Source: a virus
Taxonomy: Duplodnaviria > Heunggongvirae > Uroviricota > Caudoviricetes
Virus record (IMG/VR): IMGVR_UViG_3300036951_000304
Length of the DNA stretch: 64,000 nucleotides
Reading direction: 5' to 3' (one strand)
Shown here piece by piece: positions 63,719-64,000 of this stretch. Numbering within the stretch: position 1 is the first letter of the stretch; each line of letters starts with the position of its first letter. A model generated the notes under the pieces. That model did no database searches and had not been told where the DNA came from. It worked only from the letters and a program-made list of their open reading frames with translations. The position numbers were made by a program, and so were the translations under genes.

Positions 63719-64000
63719 ATTACCTCCTTTGCATTTTCCTTGCTATGCTCGTTGATAAGCATTTCCAATTCTTTTTCAAATTCCATTTGTTCCTCCGATT
63801 TAGTTCGTGTCAGGATAACTTGCTAAAGAATCCATCTAACCAGCGGGTCAAGCGGACGCGAAACAGCCGCGCCGCTTACCCTTGTCGTTATTTTCCAGCC
63901 GTTGAACATTTTTCTAACTCAATGCGAGCGATTGCCATGCAAAGTGCAAGCACTTCGCCTTTGTCAGTGTTTTCAGTAATTTGCATATTGGCGATTGCCC

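Noticed and set aside
1-64000. CRISPR arrays, integrase/transposase and rRNA genes
   Set aside because: No regularly spaced direct repeats and no recombinase or rRNA signatures were seen.
63719-64000. Possible gene at window end
   Set aside because: No ORF is supported. Only a GC hairpin (aagcgg...ccgctt) was noted, and the region is truncated by the window.

Overview
This window reads as a segment of a large, AT-rich, dsDNA tailed-phage genome (T4-like replication genes) with three zones.

1. Positions 100-7470: a minus-strand translation island.
- About 30 tandem tRNA or tRNA-like genes on the minus strand. I folded each by hand.
- The array is embedded with a bL12 C-terminal-domain-like gene, a pol-beta-type nucleotidyltransferase, a metallophosphoesterase and a SAM-methyltransferase.
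- The island ends in a tmRNA with a G3-U70 acceptor stem and a predicted tag ADYSYSYAMAA.
- Several elements carry tRNA acceptor and T-arms but have 100-115 nt bodies.
- Two paralogous structured spacer elements interrupt the array.

2. Positions 7500-28700: a plus-strand early/replication block driven by near-consensus sigma70-like promoters (TTTACA-17-TGnTATAAT). Recognisable genes:
- HU-like DNA-binding protein.
- gp44-like clamp loader and a putative sliding clamp.
- gp32-like SSB.
- GIY-YIG endonuclease.
- MazG-like pyrophosphohydrolase, HAD-like phosphatase, Hjc-like resolvase.
- RNase H/FEN.
- Class II RNR (NrdJ-like).
- Sigma region-4-like HTH protein.
- Zn-finger/TOPRIM primase.
- A protein-kinase-like::SAM-methyltransferase fusion.
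- Glycosyltransferase-like proteins.

3. Positions 28700-63700: a long minus-strand array of about 90 mostly small ORFs, many Cys-rich zinc-ribbon proteins. Recognisable genes:
- GT2 glycosyltransferase.
- Amino-DNA methyltransferase.
- Three tRNA-Arg genes plus a tRNA-Met-like gene.
- OmpA-like lipoprotein, secreted Gly/Asn-rich proteins, Amidase_3 and SLT lysis enzymes.
- Radical SAM enzyme.
- Ntn/proteasome-like protein and SPFH/prohibitin protein.
- A second sigma region-4-like paralog.

All calls rest on manual motif reading. No database search or RNA-folding software was run.
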